Part shown: positions 26,358 to 35,249 of the stretch, in pieces
Layout of the letters: each line of letters begins with the position of its first letter
How positions within the stretch are numbered: position 1 is the stretch's first letter
Source: a virus
Direction: 5' to 3' (one strand)
IMG/VR virus record: IMGVR_UViG_3300045988_068528
Span: 24,822 to 88,821 of that record
Length of the DNA stretch: 64,000 nucleotides
Notes under the pieces: model-generated
What the model was told of the DNA's origin: nothing
The model's input: the letters and a program-made list of their open reading frames with translations, nothing else
The model's database searches: none
Position numbers and translations under genes: made by a program

Positions 26358-29089
26358 AATCCTTTTACCTTTTTATTTTTCTTTTTTGTTAAACTGAATA
26401 TCATTACGTAGAACCAAGACTCAAAGAAGTCAGGTGAGTGCCCGACATACTTCTTGGCCTTCTTTTTAGGCATAAGTTTGAATCCCCTATCATCTCCGTC
26501 TTCGTCACGTCGGAGCATCTTTCGCTCCTTTTGGAGAATTTGTCTTAGGGGAACTTTATCGAATCCGTCACCCGAATACTTTCGTTCCAACAGCTGCGAG
26601 TCGATGGATATTTTCTTCTCTTTCACCATCTTGTAGAATAACCAAGCGCATTGAGACTTTAAGTCCTTGTATAAGTACTTGATTCCTTCCTCTTCTTGGT
26701 GATTGGCAGGAATAGGAGCCGCCTGGTTGTTGAATGGAACCGCTTCTTTGAAGAATCCCTTGAAGTACTGCCCTATACCCTGCATGTCGTATGTGAAGTT
26801 ACATTCCTCAACACCCCACTCGCGCAATCTTGTCTGGACAACAGAAACGAGCGTCTTGGAGTCGATTCTTGACACGATGAGGTCTTTGCAATGGTTTCCT
26901 TCCCAAAGCCACATCACGAAGTTATCGCCGCCGGTGAAAGCAATATCGGCAGAAGCTCTGCGTTTTCCATCTCCTATCTGTTCTGCATTGTCGTAGATTT
27001 CATCAAGGTCTTCCATCTTGATCATGTCATCGCCGGCAGCCTTCCAGTTCCAGTTGGCTTCCAGGTCTCGCATACGCTGTTCCTCGTCCTGTTGGGCAAG
27101 GTTGGCGAGATATGAGACATCGGTAGAGATAAGCTTAATGTTCTCTGATACGTCAGCGCGAACGAATGTTGCCGACTTGATGAACATTTCGAGCTTTGTG
27201 TATCCAAGTTCATCGTAGCTGTCCTTCCAGAGGCTATCGATGATGCCCTTGCACTGTTCGTATACCTCTTCTCTTGTGTTACCCCAGTAGATTGAGTCCG
27301 GAGTATCACCATCCATGAAGCAGTAACGGATAACTCCATCTCGCTCCGGTATAATGTATCCATTCTCGTCAACCCACCAGTCGATGAACTTTCTCACCCA
27401 AGATTCCGGGTCCGGGTTACAGGTAATCCAGAAGCGGTTTCGGATATGTGCTGCGTTTCGGTTGTTGGTCAAGAGGTACTTGAACTTCTTGTATGGGCAC
27501 TGAGTACCCTCATCGATGCAGACATAGGCATATTGGCGACCCTGGAATCGTGTTTTGAAGTCCTGATAGGCTCCAGCATAGTACGAGAATTTGAGCCATC
27601 CTCCGTTATCGAAGTTCCAGGTCATGTCATTTTGTGACTTATTGTAAGTTCCAAATTGGGAGAACAATTTATAAGAGTCTGTCACCAAGGACTGCAAGTC
27701 ATCTTTTTCGTTACGAAGAATTGTTGCATGAAAGTCCGGGCTCTTGATATCCTTCAGAACTTCCATAAGGGAAGAGAAGGACTTGGAATTGTGAGTGACT
27801 ATGAAGTCTTCCACCATAAACAGAGAATTTGTATTGTTCACTGCAATACAGCAGCACTCCTTCTCTCCTACATATTCAAAATCAACAATCCTTCTTCCCA
27901 GTTCGCTTACGCCGCCATTGTACTCGGTACAAAGCGCCTTCTTACGTGGAAGACGAAATAAGCGTTCTGACTGATTAATTCTGATGTAAATATCATAATA
28001 ATCGCTTGCCTCAATACGCTCTCCATTCTTGGTATAGTGGTTCTCGTACTTATTTATAGTGGCAAGGCCTCCAAGGCTGTTTACTAAAAACTTAACGTCT
28101 TTAGCAAGCTGCTCACTGACTGTCGCAAACGTACAATGTCCACGCTTATCCACAGTACCATCGGTATCCATAAGTCCTTGAAGGATAGCCCACCTTGTCT
28201 CTATAGAGCCAAACTTATAGAAATCGGGAACAGACTTATTGAAAGCGTCGCAGCCGTAGAGCTTTAAACCCTCAAGATCATTACGTAATCTCTCATCCTT
28301 GATTCTGTAATCACAAGCTATACTGCCTTGTTCTTGTGCATAGTTAGTCATATCGATGCCAGCACTCTCAAACTCTCTCACGATATCTTCGTCTGCGCTA
28401 CAGAGCATGGCATCATAACTTCCATTCTTTATATTTGCGGTTATACATCCATCTCCAAGTATGGCGCCAATAACATAAGGTGAGCTCGTTGGTTTGTAAT
28501 GACGATTTCCCCAAGAGCGAGTAAACTTTACAGGCTCACACAAAGGTATGAGCAACTTGCTATTTTTAATCTCGCCAGTCTTCAGCTTTGCGAGGTGGTC
28601 AACAACCATCTGGGTGGTCCATACCCTATAATCATCATTGATAGATAACCCGTTAATGATTCTCTTCTTACTTCTATAACAAGTCTTACGTACATTCCAG
28701 AGGTGGTCGTATGATGCAATAACTTCAGACCCATCGACAAACTTTAGTTTGTAAGCAGGAAGTTTGCCGTGGTCTTTACGATATACGACACGCTGCATTC
28801 CACCATCAGTTCCACTGATGATGTCTCCTGCCTTTAAATCCCCGATGCGCCTATAGCCAAATGGTGTAACTACCTTTGTATCAACGAGAAGTGGACCGCC
28901 TCGCGAGCCGCCAACTATCTTAATATCAGCGTCTATAGACAGCATGCGCTCCTGTCCGCCACGCTGAGCTATAATCTTCAGCTTGTCGGGATGCTTCTTG
29001 TCGGTGTCTCGTAGAGACTGAATATACTCTTGCGTATATACAGGTTCTCCGTTATCCAATTTTAATCCTGAAAATACGTCTTTTTGCAT
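26339..29089 (-). CDS. terL: terminase large subunit, interrupted by an intein
   Basis: 916-aa ORF. The extein halves join as GGSRGG|SKS (P-loop). The C-terminal part has a terminase ATPase/nuclease-like length of 547 aa once the intein is removed. Confidence 0.85.
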   Translation of the reverse strand: MQKDVFSGLKLDNGEPVYTQEYIQSLRDTDKKHPDKLKIIAQRGGQERMLSIDADIKIVGGSRGGPLLVDTKVVTPFGYRRIGDLKAGDIISGTDGGMQRVVYRKDHGKLPAYKLKFVDGSEVIASYDHLWNVRKTCYRSKKRIINGLSINDDYRVWTTQMVVDHLAKLKTGEIKNSKLLIPLCEPVKFTRSWGNRHYKPTSSPYVIGAILGDGCITANIKNGSYDAMLCSADEDIVREFESAGIDMTNYAQEQGSIACDYRIKDERLRNDLEGLKLYGCDAFNKSVPDFYKFGSIETRWAILQGLMDTDGTVDKRGHCTFATVSEQLAKDVKFLVNSLGGLATINKYENHYTKNGERIEASDYYDIYIRINQSERLFRLPRKKALCTEYNGGVSELGRRIVDFEYVGEKECCCIAVNNTNSLFMVEDFIVTHNSKSFSSLMEVLKDIKSPDFHATILRNEKDDLQSLVTDSYKLFSQFGTYNKSQNDMTWNFDNGGWLKFSYYAGAYQDFKTRFQGRQYAYVCIDEGTQCPYKKFKYLLTNNRNAAHIRNRFWITCNPDPESWVRKFIDWWVDENGYIIPERDGVIRYCFMDGDTPDSIYWGNTREEVYEQCKGIIDSLWKDSYDELGYTKLEMFIKSATFVRADVSENIKLISTDVSYLANLAQQDEEQRMRDLEANWNWKAAGDDMIKMEDLDEIYDNAEQIGDGKRRASADIAFTGGDNFVMWLWEGNHCKDLIVSRIDSKTLVSVVQTRLREWGVEECNFTYDMQGIGQYFKGFFKEAVPFNNQAAPIPANHQEEEGIKYLYKDLKSQCAWLFYKMVKEKKISIDSQLLERKYSGDGFDKVPLRQILQKERKMLRRDEDGDDRGFKLMPKKKAKKYVGHSPDFFESWFYVMIFSLTKKKNKKVKGLWRLSR
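27788..28894 (-). mobile_element. intein (369 aa) with a LAGLIDADG homing endonuclease and class 3-like signature
   Basis: Covers TerL residues 66-434. It starts with Pro (PLLVDTKVV). Block B reads SYDHLW and block F has CCC. It ends VTHN followed by Ser. Two LAGLIDADG motifs are present (VIGAILGDGCI and ILQGLMDTDGTV). Confidence 0.8.
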
Positions 29090-29109
29090 AAATATTCATT
29101 TTAATACTG

Positions 29110-29117
29110 CAAATATA
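29110..29117 (-). promoter_or_regulatory. candidate -7 box (TATATTTG) for the packaging operon
   Basis: The plus strand reads CAAATATA, about 20 nt upstream of the TerL ATG. Confidence 0.35.
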
Positions 29118-29149
29118 CAATTTTTCTTTGATAATTGCATATTTATTCA

Positions 29150-29157
29150 TATATTTG
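29150..29157 (+). promoter_or_regulatory. candidate -7 box (TATATTTG) for the structural operon
   Basis: Matches TAnnTTTG, with a TTTG 19 nt upstream (29127-29130). The ATG is at 29235. Confidence 0.4.
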
Positions 29158-29234
29158 CAAAATAAAAGGTATATTTATACGTTTTCGAGGTGGAGGGACC
29201 ACTTTCGGGATAACATTTTAAATCAACAAACAAC

Positions 29235-29930
29235 ATGACAAGAGAGGAACTCTTAGCATTAGTGAACAAGGAGGTTGATACCACCAAGTTCAAAGAACTT
29301 AGCCAAAAGACCATCAATGAGGAACTTGATGATGTTTTGGAAGATTTCGGTGATGACGAGGAAGCAAATTCCAAGTTGGTTACCAAGTTAGCAAACCGTC
29401 TGAAGCGTATCAACGGCAACTTGCACAAGAATATCTCTGACGAGGTAAAGAAGAGCAAGGAGGAGGCTGAACGCAAGAAGAAGGAAGAGGAAGAGGAGCG
29501 CAAGCGTAAGGAGGCTGACAAGAATGACGATCCTGACGACAAATACAACGAGCTTCTCAAAGAAATCAAAGCCCTCAAGGAAGCTAACGCAGAAAGAGAC
29601 AAGAAGGCTGCAAGGAAGGCAACCATCGAGTCTGTAAAGGCAGGTTTGAAGGATAAGTTCGACAAGGCAAACCTTGAATTGAACGACTTTTTCCTCGATA
29701 CTGCACTCTCTAAGCTGGAGATACCAGACGATGCAGATGTTGTCGAATTGGTGTCAAAGGCTGAAAATATCTATACTGCCGACTACAAGCGTGCTAACGG
29801 TGGAAATGCTGTACCACGAAAGGGTTCTAGTGCTTCTTCTGGTGAGGAAAAGAAACTCGACGAGCATGAATGGGACGACATTAAGGATATTTGCAAGGAC
29901 AGAGCTACAAAGGCGACTGTCAAGAAATAA
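29235..29930 (+). CDS. scaffolding protein (putative)
   Basis: 231 aa, highly charged and Lys/Glu-rich with a coiled-coil-like composition. It is located just before the capsid genes. Confidence 0.6.
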   Translation: MTREELLALVNKEVDTTKFKELSQKTINEELDDVLEDFGDDEEANSKLVTKLANRLKRINGNLHKNISDEVKKSKEEAERKKKEEEEERKRKEADKNDDPDDKYNELLKEIKALKEANAERDKKAARKATIESVKAGLKDKFDKANLELNDFFLDTALSKLEIPDDADVVELVSKAENIYTADYKRANGGNAVPRKGSSASSGEEKKLDEHEWDDIKDICKDRATKATVKK

Positions 29931-29963
29931 TTCAGGATAACATTTAATTAAGGTAAAAAGATT

Positions 29964-30725
29964 ATGCAGTACAGCAATTATTACGACCAGATGAACGCAC
30001 AGGGTGCGGTATTCAATGGAGCGGTGCTCTTGCAGGCATCGGCTGAGATTGGCGGTCAGAAGCATGTGTACTTCAATCTTAAAGGTGCTGTTAAGGAAGC
30101 TTTCAGGTACCCTCCTATCGGTGGTATCATTGCTAATCCGTTCCCTGGCCCTGCTAAGATCTATGCAGGCGACCTCGTTGAGCATAGCCTTGGCTTTGCA
30201 GACAACAAGGGTGGCACTATTAAGATTCTGAAGTCTTACGCAGTTGCTAAGGCAACAAGTGCCGCTGACACAGACATCTACATCGTTCGTGACGGCTACC
30301 ATCACATCCCATTTATTGGCGATAAAATCATGGTAGGCCAGAAGGATTTCAAGACAAAGGGAACTGGTGTTTCTGTCACAGCTGTTGAGGCGACAACCGA
30401 TTCCACAGCAGGTGATGTTTGGAAACTTACACTGTCTGCCGCTTTGGGTGCATTGACAGTTGGTCAGGTGCTCGTCGAGGCTGCTGCGGTAGGTTCTACA
30501 CTCCCTGTAGTGACAAATCCTAACTGTTTTGCTCCTCACGACTACGACATGCCGTTCTACACTCTTCCTGGTAGCGATGAGTTCGAGAAGCCTCGCCTGA
30601 TGTTTACACCATGCTTACTTGGACCGGATGCGATTTTCATCAAGGACAGAATGAGCCCTCTTCCACCTGCTGTGGAGGCTATGAATATCAGTCGTTACCC
30701 AGAGTTATTCTACACGAACTACTAA
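29964..30725 (+). CDS. capsid-associated protein (putative decoration or auxiliary head protein)
   Basis: 253-aa ORF between the scaffold and the putative major capsid gene. Support is positional only. Confidence 0.45.
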   Translation: MQYSNYYDQMNAQGAVFNGAVLLQASAEIGGQKHVYFNLKGAVKEAFRYPPIGGIIANPFPGPAKIYAGDLVEHSLGFADNKGGTIKILKSYAVAKATSAADTDIYIVRDGYHHIPFIGDKIMVGQKDFKTKGTGVSVTAVEATTDSTAGDVWKLTLSAALGALTVGQVLVEAAAVGSTLPVVTNPNCFAPHDYDMPFYTLPGSDEFEKPRLMFTPCLLGPDAIFIKDRMSPLPPAVEAMNISRYPELFYTNY

Positions 30726-30754
30726 TTGTTTAACTATTAGATTGTATTTAGGAT

Positions 30755-31930
30755 ATGCCAAAGTTTAATATTGAAAATTCGAGGATGGCGAAGTTCTTCT
30801 CTAGTAAGGACAACACCAAATACCTCCAGAAGTTTCTTGATGAAAAGGACATCTTTCACGTAAACTACGGCTGGTGGAAGACACAGGGACGTATTGCTGC
30901 GGACCTGACACCGACCAACAGAAAGGGTGTTGCGACATTCACTGTCGAGGCAAAGAAACTTCGTGCCGCTACATTGGCTAACATGCGTGCTCCTTTGGCT
31001 GGTTCTTTCCAGAAGGATAAGGGTGGCTTGCAGGTTTACTCTGCAACAATTCCAGACTTTATCACAGACGGTATCTACCAGAATGCAGAGGAACGTGAGT
31101 ATTTGATGAACCAGTTTGAAGAGTTCGGTAATGACCGTGATGTCGTTATGGAATGGACTGATCAGGTTCAGGAGTTGATGGACTCCGTTGATACCACTAT
31201 GAACTTCATGACAGCGAAGCTTGCTTCTACCGGTAAGCTTGACTACACCGGTATCGGTCGCGGTATTCAGGCTCCAATCCACAAGACAAATATGCCTGCC
31301 GATAACTTCAAGAATGGCGGTAAGGTTGCTTGGGCTGATGAGACCTGTGATATTCTTGAACAGATGCGAGTTCTTGAAGAGAGCTGGCGTAAAACATTCA
31401 ATCGTAAGGGTCAGCCTCTCGTTTGGCAGATGACCGTCAACACCTTCTTCAATGTGTTCTTGAAGAACAAGCAGATTAAGGAGTTGTGGATCAACTGGTG
31501 TAAAGCTCACTATGTAGCTTACGTTGAGGATTATGGTGTGAACCAGGATATGTTCCTGAAGGCATTCGGTGACATCCAGGGTCTTTCTCCTATCGAGCTT
31601 GTAGAAGAGGAAGAAACTACTATTCTCTTCGATGGTACACAGAAGACAGAACAGGCTTGGTCAGACAACATCGTTGTTCTTCGTCCTCGTGGTAACGCTT
31701 TTGAGTTCGAGCACAAGGAGATCAAGGATAAGAAGATGTTCGAGAAGTGGGGTAACAAACTTGTTGACAAGGTGTTCGCAACAACCAACGACGGTCTTGG
31801 TTTGCTTGCCAACACAACAATCGCCAACGGTGATTACCTGGAGTGGCATACAGACTTGATGTTTGCTGCTGTTCCAGCTATGCTCGACTTCCCTTACCGT
31901 TGGATTATCGACATCACCAAGAAGGGTTAA
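30755..31930 (+). CDS. major capsid protein (putative)
   Basis: 391-aa ORF whose position and size are typical of a major capsid protein. Confidence 0.6.
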   Translation: MPKFNIENSRMAKFFSSKDNTKYLQKFLDEKDIFHVNYGWWKTQGRIAADLTPTNRKGVATFTVEAKKLRAATLANMRAPLAGSFQKDKGGLQVYSATIPDFITDGIYQNAEEREYLMNQFEEFGNDRDVVMEWTDQVQELMDSVDTTMNFMTAKLASTGKLDYTGIGRGIQAPIHKTNMPADNFKNGGKVAWADETCDILEQMRVLEESWRKTFNRKGQPLVWQMTVNTFFNVFLKNKQIKELWINWCKAHYVAYVEDYGVNQDMFLKAFGDIQGLSPIELVEEEETTILFDGTQKTEQAWSDNIVVLRPRGNAFEFEHKEIKDKKMFEKWGNKLVDKVFATTNDGLGLLANTTIANGDYLEWHTDLMFAAVPAMLDFPYRWIIDITKKG

Positions 31931-31952
31931 TTCTTTAACGTAACTAGATTGT

Positions 31953-32387
31953 ATGACTATGGATTCGGAGATGAACATTTACACTGTGAACGACTACCTT
32001 ATTAATAAGGTGAAGTTCGAGATGCCGATGAAGGCTCTGCTGGGCATCATGCACGACAGGGAGCTTGAAAACGGCATCGACCTCAAAGCCTGCGACAAGG
32101 ACAAGGTGAGACTTGCCTATGCCGATATGCTGAAATGGTTTGTTCTTGGTCCGAGCAAGGTGAACAACACCTCCGATTCCGATAACGGATGGACTCATTC
32201 GGGAGGTGGCTACGACATGTCGGACAACGACAGGAGCGAGATGAAGGCAGAGGCTAACGCTATATATGCGGAGCTGGAGCCTGATTCGATGCTCAAGAAG
32301 AAGTCCACCTTCCGGGTGACCTCCCACGGAGTAAAGAGGGCGAATTATTCTCCTTGGGGAGAACCTCTCCCTCACATCATCAAATAA
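31953..32387 (+). CDS. head-tail connector / head completion protein (putative)
   Basis: 144-aa ORF. Support is positional. Confidence 0.45.
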   Translation: MTMDSEMNIYTVNDYLINKVKFEMPMKALLGIMHDRELENGIDLKACDKDKVRLAYADMLKWFVLGPSKVNNTSDSDNGWTHSGGGYDMSDNDRSEMKAEANAIYAELEPDSMLKKKSTFRVTSHGVKRANYSPWGEPLPHIIK

Positions 32388-32392
32388 GGCGT

Positions 32393-32770
32393 ATGGAAAA
32401 GGAAAACATCAGAAACCCAAGATACCCTCACATCATCAAGATCGTGAGGAAGGTCGTCGGAAAAGCCGACCCTGATGACCCGTTCGCCGATGATGATGCT
32501 CCAGTTGGTGAGGACAAGGAAATCATTCTCTACTATGGCGAAGGCCGCAGCTACACCGATACCACAACAGAGGGAGACAAGAACGTCGACCAGAACAAGA
32601 GGAAGGCATCGATTCCTGTCAGATATGACGAATGGGATGCCGGCAGATGTCCTCTTGACGGTGACACCATCTACTCCACTGTCGGAAACAACACCGAGAT
32701 AGGTATGGTAAAGGACTGCGAGCCGGATAATAACAGGACGGTCGTTTACTGGAATCTCACTAGGGTTTAG
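32393..32770 (+). CDS. head-tail joining protein (putative)
   Basis: The first ATG is at 32393 (MEKENIRN). Support is positional. Confidence 0.45.
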   Translation: MEKENIRNPRYPHIIKIVRKVVGKADPDDPFADDDAPVGEDKEIILYYGEGRSYTDTTTEGDKNVDQNKRKASIPVRYDEWDAGRCPLDGDTIYSTVGNNTEIGMVKDCEPDNNRTVVYWNLTRV

Positions 32771-32773
32771 GTT

Positions 32774-33346
32774 ATGGCAAAATACTTTAGCGGAAAGCGT
32801 CTTTCTCTTGGAGCGCAGTTCGAGCATCAGATTAAGCCAAGGGTTGAAAAGCTGGCGTATGACAAGATGCTTGCGATTATGCAGGAACTTGCTCACAGAA
32901 CCGTCAACTATTTCAAAGAGAACAGGAAGTTCTACAACATCACCGGTAACGCCTATACCTCGTTCTATGCAGCAGTGTATTACAAAGGAAAGCTCATTTA
33001 CATGGTGCGTGCCTCGAAGGGTGAAAAAGCACCAACGAGAGTAACCCTGGCGGAAGGAGAGAGATACAATCTCCCGTTCTACTACGACGGAGGAGAGAAC
33101 AAAGGCTACACCGGTTCAGTCGGTGGCGGTCACCAGTGGGGTCCAAACCTTATCTACGGACGTATTGGAAAGGTGAAATCTACCGGGAAAGACTGGGCAC
33201 TCGTTGCGATATGTCCTGTTGAATATGCAGTATTCGATAATGAGAACCGCATTTTCGAGACAGTTTACAACACATACGAGTCTCTTCCAGATATGTTCGA
33301 TGCCTGCGTAGTGTACGCCAATAGTTCAACTTTTAACAAACTGTAA
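32774..33346 (+). CDS. tail completion / neck protein (putative)
   Basis: 190-aa ORF. Support is positional. Confidence 0.45.
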   Translation: MAKYFSGKRLSLGAQFEHQIKPRVEKLAYDKMLAIMQELAHRTVNYFKENRKFYNITGNAYTSFYAAVYYKGKLIYMVRASKGEKAPTRVTLAEGERYNLPFYYDGGENKGYTGSVGGGHQWGPNLIYGRIGKVKSTGKDWALVAICPVEYAVFDNENRIFETVYNTYESLPDMFDACVVYANSSTFNKL

Positions 33347-33349
33347 GCT

Positions 33350-33757
33350 ATGGTAGATATCAAGCAGATATATTTCGACATAGGAAACGCCGTAAAGGGT
33401 ATATGCGACAAGGTGTATCCCAGGAATCGTCCTAAGGCTGTGGATACCAAAATAGGTAGCTACATCGTCGTAAGTGCTCCGTACACAATCAGGAACAACG
33501 AGATGAACTACGATGGCTCCTACAACTACTATACTACCACTATCCAGATAGAGGTGTATGTAAGAGATAAGGCCTCCTCGGCGAATCCGAATGGTTTCAG
33601 TCCTGCGGAAATGGATAAGAAAGTCAAGGCAGTCCTCGAAAGATTCCCGATTTCTACAGACAACATCATCGTTACCAGGCCGAACGTTGCTATCCAGGCT
33701 GACGACGGCGCAGGTTTTTCCGTGACAATCATACAGGGAAGGTTACGTACTAGATAA
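33350..33757 (+). CDS. tail terminator / neck protein (putative)
   Basis: 135-aa ORF. Support is positional. Confidence 0.45.
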   Translation: MVDIKQIYFDIGNAVKGICDKVYPRNRPKAVDTKIGSYIVVSAPYTIRNNEMNYDGSYNYYTTTIQIEVYVRDKASSANPNGFSPAEMDKKVKAVLERFPISTDNIIVTRPNVAIQADDGAGFSVTIIQGRLRTR

Positions 33758-33792
33758 GTATTCAGGTATAACAATTTAAAATATTTTAGATT

Positions 33793-34398
33793 ATGGCTAT
33801 GACAACTATTGACAAGATGAAGGACATTTTCAATGGTCCTAAGACTCTGCTCTACTCAAAGGCTATTACCGATTTGAGCAAGGCTACAGTTGACATCACC
33901 CCAGAGGTCGAGCTTCCGGTTACCGTTGACTCGCTGAAGGCGACTATGGATGACCCAACCATCAACCACTACAAGGTTATCGGTCTTGCTGGTGACTGGG
34001 CAACTACCGCAGAGCTCGGCGACTTCAATGTAGAGTTCGTTGTTCCTTCAAAGGCAAAGGACTTGCTGACAATTATGTTCGGCGAGGATGCTATCACAGA
34101 GCTGACAAAGGTTACTCTGAAGGGTACAGGTGACGCTACCCTCGACGCTACTACCGGCTTTACAGGTATCGCTGTTGAGCCTAAGAAGTTCAAGATCAAG
34201 GGCACTATCGTTATCGTTGACGACGAGAAGGAGAACCTCATGGTTATTACCAACATCGCTCTCTACGCTACATTGCAGTGGGATAACTCCGGTACTGAAC
34301 CAGTTGCGTTTAAGTTCTCAGGTTCTATCGAGGGTGCAGGTAAGCGTAGCATCGCTTGGCTTACTAAGGCTCCTGCTACTGGTGACCTCGGCGGTTAA
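33793..34398 (+). CDS. major tail protein (putative)
   Basis: 201-aa ORF directly upstream of the chaperone and tape measure genes. Confidence 0.5.
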   Translation: MAMTTIDKMKDIFNGPKTLLYSKAITDLSKATVDITPEVELPVTVDSLKATMDDPTINHYKVIGLAGDWATTAELGDFNVEFVVPSKAKDLLTIMFGEDAITELTKVTLKGTGDATLDATTGFTGIAVEPKKFKIKGTIVIVDDEKENLMVITNIALYATLQWDNSGTEPVAFKFSGSIEGAGKRSIAWLTKAPATGDLGG

Positions 34399-34502
34399 TC
34401 AAGTAAAGGCTTCTTTAGGTAATTAGATTCAGGATAACAAACCGTAGGGCGGCAGGCTAATCAACAGCCGTGCCGCCCTTCTTCATTTAATAGCATACAA
34501 TC

Positions 34503-34961
34503 ATGGCAGAAGAAAAGAAAATAGAGCAGCCTTCAGTGGACTTGCAGGAGTTGCTTGACAGCGTGCTGCACGACGAGCCTACCGAGTTCGTGTTCCGTGG
34601 AAAGAAGCACAAGATCGGCTGGCTTCGCAAGGGAACCATGAGCAGGTGTTCCCACATCAGGTCAAAGGAGAAGAACGAATGGAAGCGCAACGTCAAGATT
34701 TGTGTCTGCATTCTCCTCAACAACATCTGGAAGATTCGATTCCTGTATTGGATCTACTGGCGCTGGCTCTACTACATCAAGGATGTGGATATAGCCGATG
34801 TGCTGAGAGTCCTCGATGTTTCTAAAAAAAAAATTCCATCGAACGCATTCTCACTGGCTACCATATTAGCGACCGGGATGACGGACGTGATGATGACGAT
34901 GACGAGGAGCGAAGCAAAAGCTATCCAAGCAGAACCAGCTGGGGAGCAGCCTTCTCACTAG
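34503..34961 (+). CDS. tail assembly chaperone (G-like, zero-frame product)
   Basis: 152-aa ORF immediately upstream of the tape measure gene. It contains an A10 slippery run. Confidence 0.65.
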   Translation: MAEEKKIEQPSVDLQELLDSVLHDEPTEFVFRGKKHKIGWLRKGTMSRCSHIRSKEKNEWKRNVKICVCILLNNIWKIRFLYWIYWRWLYYIKDVDIADVLRVLDVSKKKIPSNAFSLATILATGMTDVMMTMTRSEAKAIQAEPAGEQPSH

Positions 34962-35230
34962 CGGAGAAGTTCGGTTTCCTCTTTCAGCGCAAGTACTTCA
35001 TTGCAGCCTACGACTACTGGTGGGGCTATTCATCAGCGCAGATTGATCTCATGGTTGCAGACCAGCCTCTTGTCGTCTATCCAAAGACCAAGAAGGAAGG
35101 CGGTCCGAAGAAGCATACCAAGAAGGAGATGGATGACCTCTACGACAGATGGATGGAAAAGAAAAAGAATGAGGGAAGCCTCATCGGCAAGAAGATTAGT
35201 CTTGCAGATTACTTAAACAATAAACTCTAA
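34503..35230 (+). CDS. tail assembly chaperone, -1 frameshift fusion (GT-like)
   Basis: After the A-run at 34824-34833 the -1 frame stays open to TAA at 35228-35230. It encodes a plausible peptide (...AEKFGFLFQRKYFIAAYDYWWGYSSAQIDLMVADQP...). Confidence 0.55.
34824..34833 (+). promoter_or_regulatory. slippery sequence (A10) for a programmed -1 frameshift
   Basis: The run of ten A residues was read directly. It sits at the conserved position in the gene before the tape measure. Confidence 0.55.
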
Positions 35231-35249
35231 TTTTAAAAATATTCAGGAT

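Noticed and set aside
29147-31510. Long minus-strand ORFs (29147-29665, 29754-30539, 30737-31510) and similar ones inside the tape measure and fibre genes
   Set aside because: They are antisense shadows of clearly coding plus-strand structural genes. Their content is low-complexity Ser/Leu-rich.
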